DNA from: Escherichia coli | GTDB lineage: Bacteria > Pseudomonadota > Gammaproteobacteria > Enterobacterales > Enterobacteriaceae | Assembly: GCF_045037415.1 (NCBI RefSeq) | Contig: NZ_CP173438.1 | Length of the DNA stretch: 64,000 nt | Reading direction: 5' to 3' (one strand) | Shown: positions 1 to 10,578 of the stretch, in pieces | Layout of the letters: each line of letters opens with the position of its first letter | How positions within the stretch are numbered: the first letter of the stretch is position 1 | The notes under the pieces: model-generated | Databases searched by the model: none | What the model saw: the letters and a program-made list of their open reading frames with translations, nothing else | Told to the model about the DNA's origin: nothing | Program-made: the position numbers and the translations under genes

Positions 1-419
1 ACCTGCCCCAACTGCTCTACACCGCGCAATCGTAGCTCCATAAAGAACTCAAATTCCGTCATGTTGGAGTTATTGAGTTTCGACCAGGCCAGCTCGCCGT
101 CTTCAATAATGACAACCGGCTTGCCTTCCAGAAGATCTTCCAGTTTTTCACTGTGCGCCATCAACCACATTACCAGGCGGTATAACAACGCCAGAGTAAT
201 AAAGACGATAAGTACCGGGACCATCGGCACATCATCATAAAACGCCACATCTCCCGCCGCTGAACCCAGTGTCAGAATGATTAACACTTCAAACAGCGAC
301 ATCTGCCGCACACCGCGTCTTCCGGTCATTTTGAGGAACAAAAAAACCAGTACAAAGGTATAAAGACTACGTAGTGCAACTTCGCCAAGGAAATCAAAAG
401 GCACTTTATCAAATGCCAT
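1..419 (-). CDS. ycaP: YcaP-like inner-membrane protein, N-terminal part; gene runs off the window start
   Basis: Minus-strand ATG at 419-417 gives MAFDKVPFDFLGEVALRSLYTFVLVFLFLKMTGRR..., hydrophobic; position next to ycaO matches the K-12 order as I recall it. Not in the ORF track because it is truncated. Confidence 0.6.
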   Translation of the reverse strand, partial: MAFDKVPFDFLGEVALRSLYTFVLVFLFLKMTGRRGVRQMSLFEVLIILTLGSAAGDVAFYDDVPMVPVLIVFITLALLYRLVMWLMAHSEKLEDLLEGKPVVIIEDGELAWSKLNNSNMTEFEFFMELRLRGVEQLGQ

Positions 420-572
420 ACGGTGGAGATCGAACGCCTTCATTTTTATGCTCTTATCGTGGTTTATCCGCTAAAAGCATAGCCAACAGTTCATCGGCAT
501 GGCGGCGGTGATAGCGCCTTTGAGATAAAACCCGTATTATTGCGCGCTTTCCGTACGACTAAAGTGATTTTC

Positions 573-2333
573 ATGACGCAAACATTTATCCCCGGCAAAG
601 ATGCCGCTCTGGAAGATTCCATCGCTCGCTTCCAGCAAAAACTTTCAGACCTCGGTTTTCAGATTGAAGAGGCCTCCTGGCTGAATCCCGTGCCTAATGT
701 CTGGTCTGTACATATTCGCGACAAAGAGTGCGCACTGTGTTTTACCAACGGTAAAGGCGCAACCAAAAAAGCGGCGCTGGCTTCTGCCCTCGGTGAATAT
801 TTCGAGCGTCTCTCAACCAACTACTTTTTTGCGGACTTCTGGCTGGGCGAAACCATCGCCAACGGCCCATTCGTGCATTATCCCAACGAAAAATGGTTCC
901 CACTGACCGAAAATGACGATGTACCAGAAGGGCTGCTCGATGACCGTCTGCGCGCATTTTACGATCCGGAGAATGAACTGACCGGTAGTATGCTGATTGA
1001 CCTGCAATCCGGTAACGAAGATCGTGGTATTTGCGGTCTACCGTTTACGCGCCAGTCCGACAATCAGACCATTTATATTCCGATGAATATCATTGGTAAC
1101 TTGTACGTTTCTAACGGTATGTCTGCTGGCAATACCCGTAACGAAGCACGCGTTCAGGGGTTATCCGAAGTTTTCGAACGTTACGTGAAAAACCGCATTA
1201 TTGCTGAAAGCATCAGCTTGCCGGAAATCCCGGCAGACGTGCTGGCACGTTATCCAGCAGTAGTTGAAGCGATCGAAACGCTGGAAGCGGAAGGTTTCCC
1301 GATCTTCGCTTATGACGGTTCGCTTGGCGGCCAGTATCCGGTGATTTGCGTGGTACTGTTCAATCCTGCTAACGGTACCTGCTTTGCCTCATTCGGTGCG
1401 CATCCTGATTTTGGCGTTGCACTGGAACGTACCGTGACCGAGTTGCTGCAAGGTCGTGGCCTGAAAGATCTGGATGTGTTTACTCCACCAACCTTCGATG
1501 ATGAAGAAGTCGCTGAACATACCAACCTCGAAACGCACTTTATCGATTCCAGCGGTTTAATCTCCTGGGACCTGTTCAAGCAGGATGCCGATTATCCGTT
1601 TGTTGACTGGAGCTTCTCCGGCACCACGGAAGAAGAGTTCGCCACGCTGATGGCTATCTTCAAAAAGGAAGATAAAGAAGTTTATATTGCCGATTACGAG
1701 CATCTGGGTGTCTACTCTTGCCGTATTATCGTACCTGGCATGTCCGATATTTATCCGGCTGAAGATCTGTGGTTGGCGAATAACAGTATGGGCAGCCATT
1801 TACGTGAAACGATTCTGTCACTGCCCGGTAGCGAGTGGGAAAAGGAAGATTACCTGAACCTCATCGAGCAACTGGATGAAGAAGGTTTTGATGACTTTAC
1901 CCGCGTGCGTGAACTGTTGGGCCTGGCGACCGGGTCGGATAACGGCTGGTACACTCTGCGTATCGGTGAATTAAAAGCCATGCTGGCGCTGGCTGGTGGC
2001 GATCTGGAACAGGCTCTGGTCTGGACCGAATGGACGATGGAGTTTAACTCATCAGTATTCAGCCCGGAACGCGCCAATTATTATCGCTGCCTGCAAACAT
2101 TGTTATTACTGGCGCAGGAAGAAGATCGCCAGCCGCTGCAATATCTGAATGCGTTTGTTCGCATGTACGGCGCAGATGCCGTGGAAGCCGCCAGTGCAGC
2201 AATGAGCGGCGAAGCGGCGTTTTATGGCTTGCAACCAGTAGATAGCGATCTGCACGCGTTTGCTGCACATCAGTCGTTGTTGAAGGCCTACGAAAAGCTG
2301 CAACGCGCCAAAGCAGCATTCTGGGCAAAATAA
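573..2333 (+). CDS. ycaO: YcaO, ribosomal protein S12 methylthiotransferase accessory factor
   Basis: ORF 540..2333; start moved to ATG 573 (MTQTFIPGKDAALEDSIARF...), matching the recalled 586-aa E. coli YcaO. Confidence 0.9.
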   Translation: MTQTFIPGKDAALEDSIARFQQKLSDLGFQIEEASWLNPVPNVWSVHIRDKECALCFTNGKGATKKAALASALGEYFERLSTNYFFADFWLGETIANGPFVHYPNEKWFPLTENDDVPEGLLDDRLRAFYDPENELTGSMLIDLQSGNEDRGICGLPFTRQSDNQTIYIPMNIIGNLYVSNGMSAGNTRNEARVQGLSEVFERYVKNRIIAESISLPEIPADVLARYPAVVEAIETLEAEGFPIFAYDGSLGGQYPVICVVLFNPANGTCFASFGAHPDFGVALERTVTELLQGRGLKDLDVFTPPTFDDEEVAEHTNLETHFIDSSGLISWDLFKQDADYPFVDWSFSGTTEEEFATLMAIFKKEDKEVYIADYEHLGVYSCRIIVPGMSDIYPAEDLWLANNSMGSHLRETILSLPGSEWEKEDYLNLIEQLDEEGFDDFTRVRELLGLATGSDNGWYTLRIGELKAMLALAGGDLEQALVWTEWTMEFNSSVFSPERANYYRCLQTLLLLAQEEDRQPLQYLNAFVRMYGADAVEAASAAMSGEAAFYGLQPVDSDLHAFAAHQSLLKAYEKLQRAKAAFWAK

Positions 2334-2664
2334 AATCAAATAGCCTACGCAATGTAGGCTTAATGATTCGTCTGAGTTATATTACGGGGCGTTTTTTTAA
2401 TGCCCCGCTTTACATATATTTGCATTAATAAAATAATTGTAATTATAAGGTTAAATATCGGTAATTCGTATTTAATAAATACGATCGATATTGTTACTTT
2501 ATTCGCCAGGTGCTCCCTTTTAATTAACTGTTTTAGCGGAGGATGCGGAAAAAATTCAACTCATTTGTTAATTTTTAAAATTTATTTTTATTTGGATAAT
2601 CAAATATTTACTCCGTATTTGCATAAAAACCATGCGAGTTACGGGCCTATAAGCCAGGCGAGAT

Positions 2665-2678
2665 ATGATCTATATCAA
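2665..2678. promoter_or_regulatory. FNR-type half-site pair (aTGAT-N4-ATCAA) in the focA-pflB promoter region
   Basis: Sequence atgatctatatcaa matches TTGAT-N4-ATCAA at 9 of 10 positions; a tataat hexamer lies at 2688..2693; the focA-pfl operon is known to be FNR-activated. Confidence 0.45.
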
Positions 2679-2738
2679 TTTCTCATCTATAATGCTTTGT
2701 TAGTATCTCGTCGCCGACTTAATAAAGAGAGAGTTAGT

Positions 2739-3596
2739 GTGAAAGCTGACAACCCTTTTGATCTTTTACTTCCTGCTGCAATGGCCAAAGTGGCCGAAGA
2801 GGCAGGTGTCTATAAAGCAACGAAACATCCGCTTAAGACTTTCTATCTGGCGATTACCGCCGGTGTTTTCATCTCAATCGCATTCGTCTTCTATATCACA
2901 GCAACCACTGGCACAGGTACAATGCCCTTCGGCATGGCAAAACTGATTGGCGGCATTTGCTTCTCTCTGGGGTTGATTCTTTGTGTTGTCTGCGGAGCCG
3001 ATCTCTTTACTTCCACAGTGTTGATTGTTGTTGCCAAGGCGAGTGGGCGCATCACCTGGGGTCAGTTGGCGAAAAACTGGCTAAATGTTTATTTTGGCAA
3101 CCTGGTCGGCGCACTGCTGTTTGTACTTTTAATGTGGCTTTCCGGCGAGTATATGACCGCAAATGGTCAATGGGGACTAAACGTCCTACAAACCGCCGAC
3201 CACAAAGTGCACCATACTTTTATTGAGGCCGTCTGTCTTGGTATCCTGGCAAACCTGATGGTATGTCTGGCAGTATGGATGAGTTATTCTGGCCGCAGCC
3301 TGATGGACAAAGCGTTCATTATGGTGCTGCCGGTCGCGATGTTTGTTGCCAGCGGTTTTGAGCACAGTATCGCAAACATGTTTATGATCCCGATGGGTAT
3401 TGTAATCCGCGACTTCGCATCTCCGGAATTCTGGACCGCTGTCGGTTCTGCACCGGAAAATTTTTCTCACCTGACCGTGATGAACTTCATCACTGATAAC
3501 CTGATTCCGGTTACGATCGGTAATATTATCGGCGGTGGTTTGTTGGTTGGGTTGACATACTGGGTCATTTACCTGCGTGAAAACGATCACCATTAA
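2739..3596 (+). CDS. focA: FocA formate channel
   Basis: ORF 2400..3596; in-frame GTG at 2739 gives MKADNPFDLLLPAAMAKVAEEAGVYKATKHPL..., the FocA N-terminus; polytopic membrane protein. Confidence 0.9.
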   Translation: MKADNPFDLLLPAAMAKVAEEAGVYKATKHPLKTFYLAITAGVFISIAFVFYITATTGTGTMPFGMAKLIGGICFSLGLILCVVCGADLFTSTVLIVVAKASGRITWGQLAKNWLNVYFGNLVGALLFVLLMWLSGEYMTANGQWGLNVLQTADHKVHHTFIEAVCLGILANLMVCLAVWMSYSGRSLMDKAFIMVLPVAMFVASGFEHSIANMFMIPMGIVIRDFASPEFWTAVGSAPENFSHLTVMNFITDNLIPVTIGNIIGGGLLVGLTYWVIYLRENDHH

Positions 3597-3650
3597 TGGT
3601 TGTCGAAGTACGCAGTAAATAAAAAATCCACTTAAGAAGGTAGGTGTTAC

Positions 3651-5933
3651 ATGTCCGAGCTTAATGAAAAGTTAGCCACAGCCTGGGAAGGTTTTACCAA
3701 AGGTGACTGGCAGAATGAAGTAAACGTCCGTGACTTCATTCAGAAAAACTACACTCCGTACGAGGGTGACGAGTCCTTCCTGGCTGGCGCTACTGAAGCG
3801 ACCACCACCCTGTGGGACAAAGTAATGGAAGGCGTTAAACTGGAAAACCGCACTCACGCGCCAGTTGACTTTGACACCGCTGTTGCTTCCACCATCACCT
3901 CTCACGACGCTGGTTACATCAACAAGCAGCTTGAGAAAATCGTTGGTCTGCAGACTGAAGCTCCGCTGAAACGTGCTCTTATCCCGTTCGGTGGTATCAA
4001 AATGATCGAAGGTTCCTGCAAAGCGTACAACCGCGAACTGGACCCGATGATCAAAAAAATCTTCACTGAATACCGTAAAACTCACAACCAGGGCGTGTTC
4101 GACGTTTACACTCCGGACATCCTGCGTTGCCGTAAATCCGGTGTTCTGACCGGTCTGCCAGATGCTTATGGCCGTGGTCGTATCATCGGTGACTACCGTC
4201 GCGTTGCACTGTACGGTATCGACTACCTGATGAAAGACAAACTTGCACAGTTCACCTCTCTGCAGGCTGATCTGGAAAACGGCGTAAACCTGGAACAGAC
4301 TATCCGTCTGCGCGAAGAAATCGCTGAACAGCACCGCGCTCTGGGTCAGATGAAAGAAATGGCTGCGAAATACGGCTACGACATCTCTGGTCCGGCTACT
4401 AACGCTCAGGAAGCTATCCAGTGGACTTACTTCGGCTACCTGGCTGCTGTTAAGTCTCAGAACGGTGCTGCAATGTCCTTCGGTCGTACCTCCACCTTCC
4501 TGGATGTGTACATCGAACGTGACCTGAAAGCTGGCAAGATCACCGAACAAGAAGCGCAGGAAATGGTTGACCACCTGGTCATGAAACTGCGTATGGTTCG
4601 CTTCCTGCGTACTCCGGAATACGATGAACTGTTCTCTGGCGACCCGATCTGGGCAACCGAATCTATCGGTGGTATGGGCCTCGACGGTCGTACCCTGGTT
4701 ACCAAAAACAGCTTCCGTTTCCTGAACACCCTGTACACCATGGGTCCGTCTCCGGAACCGAACATGACCATTCTGTGGTCTGAAAAACTGCCGCTGAACT
4801 TCAAGAAATTCGCCGCTAAAGTGTCCATCGACACCTCTTCTCTGCAGTATGAGAACGATGACCTGATGCGTCCGGACTTCAACAACGATGACTACGCTAT
4901 TGCTTGCTGCGTAAGCCCGATGATCGTTGGTAAACAAATGCAGTTCTTCGGTGCGCGTGCAAACCTGGCGAAAACCATGCTGTACGCAATCAACGGTGGC
5001 GTTGACGAAAAACTGAAAATGCAGGTTGGTCCGAAATCTGAGCCGATCAAAGGCGATGTCCTGAACTATGATGAAGTGATGGAGCGCATGGATCACTTCA
5101 TGGACTGGCTGGCTAAACAGTACATCACTGCACTGAACATCATCCACTACATGCACGACAAGTACAGCTACGAAGCCTCTCTGATGGCGCTGCACGACCG
5201 TGACGTTATCCGCACCATGGCGTGTGGTATCGCTGGTCTGTCCGTTGCTGCTGACTCCCTGTCTGCAATCAAATATGCGAAAGTTAAACCGATTCGTGAT
5301 GAAGACGGTCTGGCTATCGACTTCGAAATCGAAGGCGAATACCCGCAGTTTGGTAACAACGATCCGCGTGTAGATGACCTGGCTGTTGACCTGGTAGAAC
5401 GTTTCATGAAGAAAATTCAGAAACTGCACACCTACCGTGACGCTATCCCGACTCAGTCTGTTCTGACCATCACTTCTAACGTTGTGTATGGTAAGAAAAC
5501 TGGTAACACCCCAGACGGTCGTCGTGCTGGCGCGCCGTTCGGACCGGGTGCTAACCCGATGCACGGTCGTGACCAGAAAGGTGCTGTAGCGTCTCTGACT
5601 TCCGTTGCTAAACTGCCGTTTGCTTACGCTAAAGATGGTATCTCCTACACCTTCTCTATCGTTCCGAACGCACTGGGTAAAGACGACGAAGTTCGTAAGA
5701 CCAACCTGGCTGGTCTGATGGATGGTTACTTCCACCACGAAGCATCCATCGAAGGTGGTCAGCACCTGAACGTTAACGTGATGAACCGTGAAATGCTGCT
5801 CGACGCGATGGAAAACCCGGAAAAATATCCGCAGCTGACCATCCGTGTATCTGGCTACGCAGTACGTTTCAACTCGCTGACTAAAGAACAGCAGCAGGAC
5901 GTTATTACTCGTACCTTCACTCAATCTATGTAA
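3651..5933 (+). CDS. pflB: Pyruvate formate-lyase (formate C-acetyltransferase)
   Basis: 760-aa ORF; glycyl-radical region RVSGYAVRF near the C-terminus; RBS aagaaggtagg upstream. Confidence 0.95.
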
Positions 5934-5975
5934 TTAGATTTGACTGAAATCGTACAGTAAAAAGCGTACAATAAA

Positions 5976-6001
5976 GGCTCCACGAAAGTGGGGCCTTTTT
6001 T
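5976..6001 (+). terminator. Intrinsic terminator downstream of pflB
   Basis: ggctccac-gaaa-gtggggcc stem-loop followed by a T run. Confidence 0.55.
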
Positions 6002-6124
6002 AGCACGAGAGCCTTTTTTGTCAGCTATCTATACTTTAAGGTGACTGCCAAAACAGACTCGACGTAGCCTTCGAGCTGCGCACCAACACGGCCTCAGATG
6101 GGCCACATCTGGAGAAACACCGCA

Positions 6125-6865
6125 ATGTCAGTTATTGGTCGCATTCACTCCTTTGAATCCTGTGGAACCGTAGACGGCCCGGGTATTCGCTTTATCACCT
6201 TTTTCCAGGGCTGCCTGATGCGCTGCCTGTATTGTCATAACCGCGACACCTGGGATACGCATGGCGGTAAAGAAGTTACCGTTGAAGATTTGATGAAGGA
6301 AGTGGTGACCTATCGCCACTTTATGAACGCTTCCGGCGGCGGCGTTACCGCATCCGGCGGTGAGGCAATCCTACAAGCTGAGTTTGTTCGTGACTGGTTC
6401 CGCGCCTGCAAAAAAGAAGGCATTCATACCTGTCTGGACACCAACGGTTTTGTTCGTCGTTACGATCCGGTGATTGATGAACTGCTGGAGGTAACCGACC
6501 TGGTAATGCTCGATCTCAAACAGATGAACGACGAGATCCACCAAAATCTGGTTGGAGTTTCCAACCACCGCACGCTGGAGTTCGCTAAATATCTGGCGAA
6601 CAAAAATGTGAAGGTGTGGATCCGCTATGTTGTTGTCCCAGGCTGGTCTGACGATGACGATTCAGCGCATCGCCTTGGTGAATTTACCCGTGATATGGGC
6701 AACGTTGAGAAAATCGAGCTCCTCCCCTACCACGAACTGGGCAAACACAAATGGGTGGCAATGGGTGAAGAATACAAACTCGATGGTGTTAAACCACCGA
6801 AGAAAGAGACCATGGAACGCGTGAAAGGCATTCTTGAGCAGTACGGTCATAAGGTCATGTTCTAA
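6125..6865 (+). CDS. pflA: Pyruvate formate-lyase activating enzyme (radical SAM)
   Basis: ORF 6098..6865; start at ATG 6125 ([23 protein letters not shown]...); CxxxCxxC motif CLYCHNRD. Confidence 0.9.
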   Translation: MSVIGRIHSFESCGTVDGPGIRFITFFQGCLMRCLYCHNRDTWDTHGGKEVTVEDLMKEVVTYRHFMNASGGGVTASGGEAILQAEFVRDWFRACKKEGIHTCLDTNGFVRRYDPVIDELLEVTDLVMLDLKQMNDEIHQNLVGVSNHRTLEFAKYLANKNVKVWIRYVVVPGWSDDDDSAHRLGEFTRDMGNVEKIELLPYHELGKHKWVAMGEEYKLDGVKPPKKETMERVKGILEQYGHKVMF

Positions 6866-6877
6866 TTTCCCCGTAAA

Positions 6878-6907
6878 GCGGCAACTTTATTGAGTTGCCG
6901 CTTTTTT
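6878..6907 (+). terminator. Intrinsic terminator of pflA
   Basis: gcggcaact-ttattg-agttgccgc hairpin followed by tttttt. Confidence 0.6.
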
Positions 6908-6911
6908 GTGC

Positions 6912-6952
6912 ACAGAAAAGCAGAGTGTGAAACAGTAAGTTCACACTCTGCT
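6912..6952 (-). terminator. Hairpin terminator of ycaD, facing the pflA terminator
   Basis: 13-bp inverted repeat agcagagtgtgaa / ttcacactctgct with a T run on the minus strand. Confidence 0.5.
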
Positions 6953-6961
6953 TGAATTCAT

Positions 6962-8110
6962 TTACACGTGAGCCACGGGTTTCGGCGTATGGCCGGCGTT
7001 GCGAAGCAGCATCAGCAAATAGATAAACGATACGCTGGCGATCATGATAAACAATAAATTATCGGAGAAATTCTGCATTAGCATAGCGGTAAATGACGGG
7101 CCAAGCAGGCTTCCCACGGTATAGCTCAACAGTAAGGCCTGGTTCATCGCCACCAGTTGATGATGTTCAACTTTCTCACAAGCCCAGGCCATCGCCACCG
7201 GATATAGCGTAAAGCCAGCGGCACCGAGGATGAATAACGCTGGGGCCATCGCCGCCTGGCTAAGCATCGCAATACTGCCGAGAATGACGACAAAGACCTG
7301 AACACGCAACACCAGCAGTCGACCAAACTTATCCGCCAGACGTCCAATCGGCCATTGTCCGAGGATACCCGCACTGACCAGTACCGCCATCCAGAAACCA
7401 ATGCTGGCATTGCTCACCCCTTTGTGATTGAGGTACAGCGGCATCAGGCCATATAGAGATCCCAGCACGATTCCTGAGATAATGCAGCCATTCACGCCAA
7501 GCCGCGCCTGACGGAGTTTTAGCATTGACGTAATTGACGTCGAATCATGGTTTTCAGTCTGCTGATTCAGGACACGCGTAAACAACAGCGGTAAGATTCC
7601 TGCCAACGTCAAACCTGTAACCCACGGCAATACACTCATCAACTCGGTTGAGACTTTGCTGACCAGTAACTGGCCTAAAAACGTTCCGACGTAATAAACC
7701 ATCATATACGCAGCAAGCAACCGCCCGCGGTTACGCGACGTCCCACTGCACATCAGCGCACTCTCAACAACCACCCAAATCATGGCACAGCCGATGCCAG
7801 CGACAAAACGCCACGCCAACCAACTCCAGAATCCAATCATCAGGCCAAGGCCGGCACAGCCAGCGGCAAAAATGAAGGAGGCCAGATAATAGCTGCGGTT
7901 AAAGCCAATGCGTTTAATGACATACCCTGTCAGCAATGTACCGACAAGGTTGCCGGTAAAATAGGATGAGCTGACAACGCCTACCTGCCATGTAGACATG
8001 TGTTCCTGGGCGAGCCAAAGCGGCACGAGTGTATTTAACACCGCGATCGCCAGAGTCAACAAAAGCAGGCCAGACAGCAAAAGCATGACAGGCCGGGTAT
8101 ACGTGGACAT
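6962..8110 (-). CDS. ycaD: MFS transporter YcaD
   Basis: 382-aa polytopic membrane protein [37 protein letters not shown]..., matching recalled YcaD. Confidence 0.85.
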   Translation of the reverse strand: MSTYTRPVMLLLSGLLLLTLAIAVLNTLVPLWLAQEHMSTWQVGVVSSSYFTGNLVGTLLTGYVIKRIGFNRSYYLASFIFAAGCAGLGLMIGFWSWLAWRFVAGIGCAMIWVVVESALMCSGTSRNRGRLLAAYMMVYYVGTFLGQLLVSKVSTELMSVLPWVTGLTLAGILPLLFTRVLNQQTENHDSTSITSMLKLRQARLGVNGCIISGIVLGSLYGLMPLYLNHKGVSNASIGFWMAVLVSAGILGQWPIGRLADKFGRLLVLRVQVFVVILGSIAMLSQAAMAPALFILGAAGFTLYPVAMAWACEKVEHHQLVAMNQALLLSYTVGSLLGPSFTAMLMQNFSDNLLFIMIASVSFIYLLMLLRNAGHTPKPVAHV

Positions 8111-8423
8111 GAATTAAAACCGTGAGGAAGTTCAAATTTCATGCGCATCATGCCACCGCCAAAAACATTGTCAATGGGTGAAAATACGCGCATATCGCAG
8201 CGGCGGTATTATCGATTTATATTACTCATTCATAACGCTAATGCTGAAGAGACGATTAATCTCATCTGATTGTTTTTATTGATCTAACACAAATTTCATA
8301 CGCTTCGTTCAGTCGAAAAATTTCATGGTCACAGCAAACTCATATTTCCCGTCTATGCTTTCAGAGCAATGCATCGCGTCTGACCGATTTAGACGTACCA
8401 CTGACTCTCGAAAGGAGAAGAGG

Positions 8424-9050
8424 ATGACCAAACCGTATGTTCGTCTTGATAAAAATGATGCTGCCGTTTTGCTTGTTGATCACCAGGCTGGTTTACTTTC
8501 CCTTGTACGGGATATCGAACCCGATAAGTTTAAAAATAACGTGCTGGCGCTGGGTGACCTGGCTAAGTATTTCAACTTACCAACTATTCTTACCACCAGT
8601 TTTGAAACCGGTCCTAACGGCCCATTAGTTCCAGAACTGAAAGCACAATTCCCCGATGCACCTTACATTGCTCGCCCGGGAAATATTAACGCCTGGGATA
8701 ACGAAGATTTTGTAAAAGCTGTCAAAGCGACAGGTAAAAAACAGTTAATTATTGCCGGTGTGGTAACCGAAGTTTGCGTGGCATTCCCGGCGCTTTCAGC
8801 CATTGAAGAAGGGTTTGACGTCTTTGTCGTGACTGACGCGTCAGGGACCTTTAATGAAATTACCCGGCATTCGGCATGGGATCGCATGTCGCAAGCTGGT
8901 GCGCAATTGATGACATGGTTCGGCGTGGCGTGCGAGCTGCATCGCGACTGGCGTAATGATATTGAAGGACTGGCGACGTTGTTCTCTAACCACATTCCTG
9001 ATTATCGTAACTTGATGACCAGTTATGACACGTTAACGAAGCAGAAATAA
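8424..9050 (+). CDS. ycaC: YcaC isochorismatase-family hydrolase
   Basis: ORF 8325..9050; start at ATG 8424 with RBS aaaggagaagagg (MTKPYVRLDKNDAAVLLVDHQAGL...). Confidence 0.85.
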   Translation: MTKPYVRLDKNDAAVLLVDHQAGLLSLVRDIEPDKFKNNVLALGDLAKYFNLPTILTTSFETGPNGPLVPELKAQFPDAPYIARPGNINAWDNEDFVKAVKATGKKQLIIAGVVTEVCVAFPALSAIEEGFDVFVVTDASGTFNEITRHSAWDRMSQAGAQLMTWFGVACELHRDWRNDIEGLATLFSNHIPDYRNLMTSYDTLTKQK

Positions 9051-9085
9051 AAGCGAACCGGGGCCGAAACCCCGGTTGTTACTGA

Positions 9086-9949
9086 TTAATTTGCGACAGC
9101 CATCCCCACGGTCATATGCAAACCATAGAATACGCCACGACCGATTAATTCCCCTGCCAGAAGCAGAATGAATGATACAGAAAGTAGCGGAACCGCAGGC
9201 TGATAACCTTTTAGCTGTGGTGCAATCCACACGCACAGGGCAACGGCCAAAAGCACGATCCGCCAGGACATCAGCGCACCATAGTCCGGCACCAGCGCTG
9301 CGGCCTGCTGCACAGAGCTATGAATAGTCGCCAGCTCTGCGCCCTGCATCACTGACATCACGCCACTCACTACCAGTGCCAGAACAGAAATGGCTGGCAG
9401 CAGACGCATCGCCCAGCCATCGACGCCAGCCAGACTCAGCAACAGGTAACCCAGTAACGGGCCGCCCATAAACATCGTCAGGAAGAAGCCCATCGGTGTC
9501 CAGATGCTGTACCAGGTGGGTACTGTATCGATGCTGTTATACACACGCACCATCATCCAGACAAAGACTACGCCAAGAACCATCGTCACCACCAGCCAAA
9601 GCGTACGCAATGCCGGTGAAAGCTTTTTCAGCATTGCCAGCAACCAGCCGATGCCGCCTACAGCAAAAAAGATCGAACCGCTGGCGATTTCGTTACTGAG
9701 TGCTGAAGCCCCTACCCGATTGAGCGAGTTAAAAGCGCGCATCGGTGAACCAAGATGAAGCATAGAGGAGATAAAGCCAATGCCCATCAGCACCCATAAA
9801 CCCAACATGCAGGCGATAACACGCTGCTGGGCTTCTGCTCGCAGGTCGCCTTTGAGCAGCGCCAAAGCCAGAACGATAAAACCACCCGCGACACATTGCC
9901 CGAAGACCGTGAAGATCATCAGCGGCCATTCATGCCATCCACTTCCCAT
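9086..9949 (-). CDS. dmsC: DMSO reductase membrane anchor subunit
   Basis: ORF 9086..10012 trimmed to the MGSGWHEWPLMIFTVFGQ... start; polytopic membrane protein directly downstream of dmsB. Confidence 0.85.
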   Translation of the reverse strand: MGSGWHEWPLMIFTVFGQCVAGGFIVLALALLKGDLRAEAQQRVIACMLGLWVLMGIGFISSMLHLGSPMRAFNSLNRVGASALSNEIASGSIFFAVGGIGWLLAMLKKLSPALRTLWLVVTMVLGVVFVWMMVRVYNSIDTVPTWYSIWTPMGFFLTMFMGGPLLGYLLLSLAGVDGWAMRLLPAISVLALVVSGVMSVMQGAELATIHSSVQQAAALVPDYGALMSWRIVLLAVALCVWIAPQLKGYQPAVPLLSVSFILLLAGELIGRGVFYGLHMTVGMAVAN

Positions 9950-9950
9950 C

Positions 9951-10568
9951 TCACACCTCCTTCGGGTTTGCCAGATAGCCAGTGGTATCCCCGGTTGGGC
10001 GGCTGTTGGCATTGGGTTTGATCACAATATTCGGTTTGGTAAAGTGAGCTCGCGGCAACGGCGCAACGGCCGCCAGATCGCCATGTTTTTTACGCAGCTC
10101 GTCGATAGGGCCGAAATCCAGCGCCCGTAGCGGGCAGGACTCTACGCAGATCGGTTTTTTTCCCTCCGCAACACGGTCATAACAACCATCGCATTTGGTC
10201 ATATGGCCTTTCGTTTCGTTATATTGCGGTGCGCCATACGGGCAAGCCATATGACAGTAACGGCAGCCAATGCATACATCTTCATCGACCACAACAAAAC
10301 CATCTTCACGTTTATGCATCGCACCGCTCGGGCAGACTTTAGTACAAGCCGGATCTTCGCAGTGGTTACATGAAATCGACAGATAGTAGGCAAACACGTT
10401 CTGGTGCCAGACACCGTTATCTTCCTGCCAGTCGCCACCAGCATATTCATAAATGCGGCGGAAGCTGACTTCTGGCGTCAAATCTTTGTAGTCTTTACAA
10501 GCCAGCTCGCAGGTTTTGCAACCGGTGCAACGGCTGGAATCAATAAAAAATCCATACTGGGTTGTCAT
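9951..10568 (-). CDS. dmsB: DMSO reductase iron-sulfur subunit
   Basis: 205 aa with four ferredoxin-type Cys clusters (CTGCKTCELACK, CNHCEDPACTKVCP, CIGCRYCHMACP, CDGC...C). Confidence 0.9.
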   Translation of the reverse strand: MTTQYGFFIDSSRCTGCKTCELACKDYKDLTPEVSFRRIYEYAGGDWQEDNGVWHQNVFAYYLSISCNHCEDPACTKVCPSGAMHKREDGFVVVDEDVCIGCRYCHMACPYGAPQYNETKGHMTKCDGCYDRVAEGKKPICVESCPLRALDFGPIDELRKKHGDLAAVAPLPRAHFTKPNIVIKPNANSRPTGDTTGYLANPKEV

Positions 10569-10578
10569 CGGTTACTCC

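Noticed and set aside
3672-5924. 750-aa antisense ORF spanning almost the whole of pflB
   Set aside because: Shadow ORF of a highly expressed, strongly codon-biased gene; low-complexity translation (Val/Thr/Phe-rich), no RBS context, and pflB itself is unambiguous.
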